64,000 bases of DNA, taken from contig OZ025665.1 of the NCBI GenBank assembly GCA_964019335.1, positions 186,001 through 250,000 of the forward strand. The letters are read 5' to 3'. The notes beneath the pieces were generated by a model. That model worked only from the letters and a program-made list of their open reading frames with translations, ran no database searches and was not told where the DNA came from. Within the stretch, counting starts at the first letter, position 1. Every line of letters starts with the position of its first letter. The DNA comes from Diplonema japonicum (taxonomy: Eukaryota > Protista > Euglenozoa: Diplonemea). Made by a program: the position numbers and the translations under genes. Shown here piece by piece: positions 60,801-64,000 of the stretch.

Positions 60801-61569
60801 CTGAGGCACTGCCAGTCTCCGTCCCCGTTGGAACAGTTGCTGTGTAGCTGCCTGAAAGAGTCGGCATTGTGGCCGAGGCCGTGGCAGTGAGCGACTGAGA
60901 GGGCAGGGTGAGGGTCAGCGTGATAGTAGGCAGTGTTTCGGTGGCTGAAGCAGTTACAGTGCGCACCGTGAGTGTCAGGGTAAAAGTGCTCGTGATAGTG
61001 GGGACTGTGAGGGAGACAGTGGGAAGTGTTTCGGTCCCTGTAGATGTGAGGAGCGTCGCCGAAACGCTAGAAGTGGGTATAGTTTCAGACTGCGAGAACG
61101 ACTCTGAGAATGTAATGGTCTGACTAGGAATACTGAGTGACTGTGTCACGGTGATGCTGCCTGTGCCAGTGGGTGTGATCTCGAAAGTTGTTGTAGCAGT
61201 ATCGGAGCCTGTAAGCGATGCTGTGATGCTAGCTGTGCCACTCCACAGCGTCATGCTAGCTGATCCAGTAGCCGTCTCCGTCAATGTAGAGCTAGACGTC
61301 AAGCTCACAGTCGCAGTTGCAGTTGGCACGCTAAGAGTGAAAGTTGCAGTCTGGCTTGGCAGTGTAGCACTCATACTCCGCGTACTTGAAACACTAATGC
61401 TCTCTGTGCTCGTCATCATCGTGACAGACTGGCTGCCTGTGAGAGACCATGACGCAGTCGGTGTGTCAAGCGTGATACTTGCACTGCTTGTCAACGAGCT
61501 AGACGGGAGAGTCTCAGTGAGTGTCTGTGTCGCAGTACCGAACGCTGCTACCCACACCACCCATTGCAT
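51808..61569 (-). CDS. 3253-aa putative cell-surface glycoprotein with Ser/Thr-rich N-terminus, Cys/Trp repeat domains, Ig-like CxxC repeats and hydrophobic C-terminus
   Basis: Long ORF with a short hydrophobic N-terminus, a ~260-aa S/T tract, repeated D..KLV...C...Y.VCY...W units and terminal HLFSFYLFIVICLPVV (TM or GPI signal). Confidence 0.75.
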   Translation of the reverse strand: MQWVVWVAAFGTATQTLTETLPSSSLTSSASITLDTPTASWSLTGSQSVTMMTSTESISVSSTRSMSATLPSQTATFTLSVPTATATVSLTSSSTLTETATGSASMTLWSGTASITASLTGSDTATTTFEITPTGTGSITVTQSLSIPSQTITFSESFSQSETIPTSSVSATLLTSTGTETLPTVSLTVPTITSTFTLTLTVRTVTASATETLPTITLTLTLPSQSLTATASATMPTLSGSYTATVPTGTETGSASVSETGTSSFTQEGEVMYGAEIIERQVMERADLLVAGTQFRARMWLAGSRLGRYEQMLLNLSSGESGMKLARGGDLCNESAVVVVSGVQQLVVDLSAYHNESNIGSDAVADVGYATFVAPMFQFKLCVRVCGMCGWVELSNTTVYNTTGHVVWWEHTLQGRTPHAGEFIKLKVTTDSLLTHPLDNTPWFGDVLKLVPYGKLCATDGIKDTRSVLDNLAWKDSLASVFGDLNERPARDINPNSNTTYAWLMLPPIKGSWSVCVDLAARRDKTGFTHVPSWMFIYESNLTSNTESLLTMASEYLWEDTKATRAAYRSFEVQSLVPISTRPFSEGGSRLRLSGDCFQSLGAPYELEDLGTVYSAYSSSTVYNPVARIRVPISHGKYYVCIQGAPSVPWSAAGTVLVTDATKLNVTFDTHDTRTLTWGPFTISLTTGNSEVFTGRIKMVVGDLGCWDPGMVDLRSIDSGNTSSFTMYLEYPPVAQWGYTVCYETPLGWDIAADRYGGLRLMVVPRPAMQMTWDDKTAGTWAVVTVSTSKAIFDTQEGRDKLFLVPANTSLCHDPYDRAFAYSLLSAVNPDMHGTSLSTTGYAALTVPQPVSGGWRVCFAQENKNWIDLGTAVSTPAVLLRYAATTPYYTEASLWQGGVVHNMSIISVSGLALQPGDSFKLTVGSCHTTAISNTAITGLSSYELTTHFHVFELPVNNITRHYSVCYRYGTGNWQLVGAPVYVKPLDAYYHARVPVVYKGMLVLDVFVQEGMDTHPGRDKVYLIPNTEICNAQGVKNRLFEVTDLGPGDWVGQRRAVATVMMLNVNVGQRMKVCWWDAASEVLFRLPGEPLVVQVSPLTQTAISGRYLSSNGNVFTGIEALTSAGLAVSVHGTNVSDRDRAVLVTSRDCSTTPVEIAAVVNASETSVYLRMMTPFTLGTYHTCYYHSTLRTWLLPPGSLDSFSMEKTPLSFVASPFKGLHLYDFTSQNGVPQGSLAASDTLRLVPTSAQFCGSSMGVPVSFVSATGVVAQYNMSVTAEEYYVCYKREVTNMVPGGVWIVLGNRETLGHTWDNVPEGEKILVVSSSTDRALQGEVFSVTVKYVMRTSETVIRSAFDEVNVVVVGGILEVLSRNCYLQQGVVELRVVVTQRCPSACNLYATTSHAVSSVVTVDIYSNAVQSTALVPRPVELATHVSNIADMYLGDWFSVTAYSQDAAKDAVLTKSTFTITSPSLLVCKTASGMQVPPCIVTSIVGATALQLRFEEDKQADYQLHVNNKTLRLRMKSQLSSPLLISTIETSGARTWGYEEHLPLQTVNLTTTSYLVADTVYMVAVHLQDVAYGEAANTPISCYSETVGVECSGMLNRGHGNVSLMLSGTCSYGCSVCLTTRHVEACIVGVIHSLSGLHLRVTTGHAVAVGDTMFTVTAYDKYDRARWLSGPLWISVYPASDTLGTALYEAHHNTSLVGGYANMTVRFTLPCKHCLVRVIHLPSGTQSTAIPITIHEPGLILTTDVSYANSGVGDTFTVDVRLSTPDGTPTRHVQGLWVTASGPFSMEGTQNVFRDSAAMFRIKPLAVCDSCAVFFSVDMGGRVLQTNMTVTVHSYQVIRSMRIIEMSSMLVLIQEGWVRMEAGRVVFVAVEALGVLGDRINHQRNTTITLAGPSSTIDGLGVLHITTGGASRNMINGVTQFDFTMTSSCVKCRLTVESDGVTLSFWVTAIAPATNITSLTPFPLSQSVSTWSLPITVTPLTQTGAFAFDATLVTTLQVLTFRGTPATHTFLCRGRCTQVSATTFNISLAPLTLDQRLSPQLYSASFQLFSSVSGNFLVNLTSQGLSWQGGISWTPLKVVGHFSVDVPLHRTDHLSYQWPQIVHPHHVSTIPLSNSFSAVTAAANKQIARGVPYPLRFLVTDSERGAIGTNADMIAVRMLSTVGCGGMSMLIDGEAAPMTTPLLGGERVLSMVHESECTGCQFVVSYMSTANISLAERVRIYTSWDVVPASPSYPMFSGWEVLNMTWVVGAPHVVTLHAAHTMGQPGSILAHPLQSLTAYVEAHPLSSGTMTTATVFEDISVVMETDGKVTITALRSCFACKIMVFIPRQGEVLPVRVPLRGVDGEVFTFTARATHLVLKAEQVVTARVPFYVKLTASDIVNNTDWFFDRKVTIAKESGVGGSCGGVLKILGQKWMDGVHVAKLMWMRACERCSMAITVSGMPRVLHVTRVRTVPSKIVTTAPLLQPTWRTVESTLLVHFQVTDDWGDFSDEDQHVSADSITTKSSPEYGTALVTHSNLTIGAGSGSVALAFLSPAAELTVTLTVDTPSGPVIGILVARTQVIPQNGSLPEFTFVLPSSVPTRLPYIFPISIKHQGLLVGITGILTVQLTGSAYHIKVTLGMGVVHIPEQCTTCTIPAILMMDGVGDKSIMLSWQPVTATLLQSSFIPHDVLATTQYLYTLTAVTAENQTDTTVSAQLVISVFAQMEHVEKNYTVQLESGVGTVYLGLPPGDVNITVHNTSETLLKIPEARAIRAIEVTLAFENFPTETSYGAAGEHSWHYPMDVHVVFSKQPYNVSVVARDVAGQLSGMGTVCLSGVTLHDSEICASMADGRAFFIVSFSSSATYNTLRAAVMGGNGNADVLVQAVAVPQKLTFGYIPLYYVVGADITLRLQAANEHGEHSSAQWYGPLVCVVSEGAVVLREGCQQMIGSVASFEATSTAKGSVALTVLSTPFFEGLHVDVTVEEIAGLRVSVKSAVVWRVMMLEVSVVTAEGSVVVGDNSSYITGTTDAWNTLDWTNGARQQTVNGVAVFEVTPLVPGLVTATFSDGVREVSVGIEVANGSSSEASAVMQVGVATWNTPNKVDVALFKNAVANVVGLNPASVYIDLICNSQGVQCIGGVAGQRESNVLESQGVVIDFYLLLSEQDKTPGVPLSDTSAELVKTLESKIQSNIRSCAAGSCTGPLSVLQFTSFTFSSSPAPYAVPYEHSLTLPTRTTTLLFVEDVAIDSAACHLFSFYLFIVICLPVV

Positions 61570-61671
61570 CGTGCATCATAAATGTGTAACTGTGGTAACA
61601 TCAGCTCAGCTGTCTGCTCTGTTGTGGAATAATAAGCAGCTAAATCTACGTACTGCAACAACACGGAAGTG

Positions 61672-64000
61672 TCATATGACGGCTGCTATTGAAGTTCGTT
61701 TACTGAATACCGAATGCCTATTCTGCACGATCCTAAGATTCAAGGACAGCGCACTCTCAAGCTCGATGATAGCATTCTCTGACACACGAAAATTGTTGGT
61801 GACGTTCACACGACACAGCTTCCTGTTACCTTTCACTGCGTGAACCAGACAGCGCACGCCAGCATCTGTAAAAGAGTTCTTACAAAGGGAGACAGAGGTT
61901 ATGCTGCGATGCGAAACAAGGACATCGGCTAGCTCTTTGACGGCAGTGTCGCCTATGTCATTCTCGTCGAGGTTCACAGTCTTGCACGTGGTGCTAGCAT
62001 TAAAAGCACCTAGCAGTGAGTGCATATGGATATCTGTCAAAGAAGACTTTGAGAGGTCCATGTGTTCCTGTAGTGGTAACGGGCTACGAAGGCATACCGT
62101 GGCAGGGTCGTTGGACAAGACACGGGGAATCACCTCCTGGAGCCTTCCCCGTAAACTCTCTCCAGGTACAATGTAGATTTTCTTCTTGTTACGAAATGAT
62201 GCCGGATGTGTGGTTTTAATCCATTCCTGCGCAAAGGTCTTCACAGACACCACATCTTCAGTCGGCAGAAGCGGTTTGCTTTCAATTGCAGGCAGCATCG
62301 GCTTTGCGGGTGGTACGTGACTGTTGAGCTGTTGCATTGTTGAATTAGCGGAATCTCTGCGTTGTGCCTGCTTCAACCGCCTTGAGATGTAGTTCCCTTG
62401 GAACTCATTGCACCTCTCTTCGGGGGTCAGATCCTTTCTCCGCAGTTTTTCCTTCAGCACCAACTGGTACGCTTCTTTCTTGGTTGCCATGTACCTCTCT
62501 TTCCAGCTGTTCCGCTTTTTTTCGTGTCGAGTCATCAGTGCCTCTCGCTCTTCCAATTCGTGCTGCAGGCGCTTCTGGTGGGCGATCCGCTTTTCCTCCC
62601 ACACTCTTTGTCCCGTTTTGATGTGCATTTCCTTGACGCTTGCGGGGGCTAAAACCACGATTTGTTGTCGGGCGTCCTCTTCCTCTTCTTCGATCTGGAT
62701 GTGTAGTGCGCAATGTCTAATCCAATCCATACCTTTGCTCTCCTTGATAATGCGTCGTTCTCTGCCGTGTTTCGTTCTTGTGCCTGCTTCGAGACGAATG
62801 CTGTGTAAGTTTTCTTCCATTCAGCCTGCAGCTCTAAATCGATTGCGTACATGAGATCGATCTCATGCCGCGCTGTCATGTTGCATTGGTTAAGCCGCTC
62901 CTGTTTGATTCGCATCTTGGCTGCGACCTTTCCCTTTATGGTCTCGTGCTCTGCTACCAACGAAAGCTTCTCTTCTGTCTCCACATCTTCCACATCGCCG
63001 CGGGACACTCCTTCCTCAGTCATGGTGACATGGGACTCTTGGATGAGCATTCTCAGGATCTTGTCCTCCCACGCCTGTTTCTCTTTCCAAATAACTTGCC
63101 TCTGTCGCAACAACGGCCTGACGACAGACCTCGTCACTGCACCAAGCCATACACGCTGCATCAGTTTCAAAGCAATCCTCCTTTGTAGAATGAGGATTCT
63201 TGCCCACTTCCGTGTAAGTCGCCCCCTCCATGCGCTTTGAATCTTTATGGCGTTCTTGATAGGCCCTTCAGATAGCTTCTGTACCTTGCGCCGCCCTTTC
63301 ATCGCTCGCCCTGTTTCCTGTAGCATCGTCACAGCATTGAAGAGCTTGCGAGTGTGGTACTGTTCAGAGACGAGAAGCCGCACAAAGAGCCCTCTGCAGC
63401 ACCTGCGAAGCATGCCCTTCGCGTAGTTTCTCCCATCGATCTTCTTGTGGAACCGTTTCCTTTCCATATGCCCTTTCCAAAACGCGGAGATGGTTGTCAC
63501 GGCTTCTCGCGCACGCACAATGAAGGCAGTGTACCATTTCTGCATCTTGTAGGCGCGCCATCGTGTCTGGATGATGGATGCCATGTGGTTCACATGCTCG
63601 AAAAGCTTTCGCCGTTTCTCGTTTTCCAAGCTCACCCGCGTCAGGTGCCCGCGAACCATCTTTTGGATGTCAGTCGCGCTGTAGTTCTGTTGCTCTAGGG
63701 CGGTTCGCAGTTCTCTTGCCTCGTTCCTTGCGGCATGCAAACGTGCTTGTTCCTTCCGGGAGTACCTACATTTTACGTGTCTTTGTGTAGTTGACACTTT
63801 AGCAACGTAAGTACACCATGTCTGCTTGAAGGCCTTGTGATACGTATGGTATCGAAACATTACTTGGATTGCATGAGCTGCGGACATTTGCCGTTTGACG
63901 CTCTGCCGTGCCTGCCAACCTCTGTACCACCTTTGGAGCATCATGATAGCGGTGTCCTCCATGGCTACGTAGTGCAATGCTAGCTTGCGCTGTAGCATTT
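61672..64000 (-). CDS. IQ-motif, coiled-coil and RNI-type LRR protein (probably 5'-partial); exons >63998-62733, 62694-61672
   Basis: Many IQ motifs (LQRWYRGWQAR, IQKMVRGHLTR, IQTRWRAYKMQ, IQSAWRGRLTR) and LRRs (VNLDENDIGDTAVKELA, VSLCKNSFTDAGV). A 38-nt intron joins the two overlapping ORFs. Confidence 0.8.
62695..62732 (-). other. 38-nt phase-0 intron (IQ-LRR gene)
   Basis: AAG|GTATGG...ATCCAG|ATC explains the apparent ORF overlap. Confidence 0.85.

Noticed and set aside
62649-62820. Two overlapping genes (IQ protein and LRR protein)
   Set aside because: The 38-nt intron at 62695-62732 joins them into one CDS.
2447-63790. Numerous plus-strand ORFs of 60-399 aa
   Set aside because: Antisense shadows of long minus-strand CDSs (Ser/Ala-rich mirror translations) with no recognisable motifs.

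Overview
Eukaryotic, gene-dense protist DNA. All eight protein-coding genes I can support lie on the minus strand in one co-directional array, mostly with short spacers. Tiny GT-AG cis-introns (33-62 nt, donor consensus GTAT(G/T)) interrupt them, which fits a euglenozoan, most plausibly a diplonemid (inference). Genes in transcription order: IQ-repeat/LRR protein (probably 5'-truncated), 3253-aa surface protein, Sfi1-like protein, CBP3/UQCC1, PPR protein, a giant kinesin, PHTF and CFAP65 (runs off the window start). The main result is that five ORF-track entries plus one unlisted micro-exon splice through five short introns into one ~10,706-aa protein. Its order is: kinesin-3-like motor with altered P-loop and switch I, six large Ala-rich helical repeats, long coiled coil, FN3/SH3-like modules, PH domain, degenerate inositol 5-phosphatase, C2-like domain and DysF domain. 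All 14 introns I could reconstruct are phase 0, and in the long genes they cluster at the 3' end. A 1.9-kb CFAP65 intron holds a Mutator-like relic with ~30-nt subterminal repeats. A possible tyrosine-recombinase relic sits in a homopolymer-rich spacer. No rRNA, tRNA or CRISPR was found. Domain calls come from motif recognition by eye, and no database search was run.
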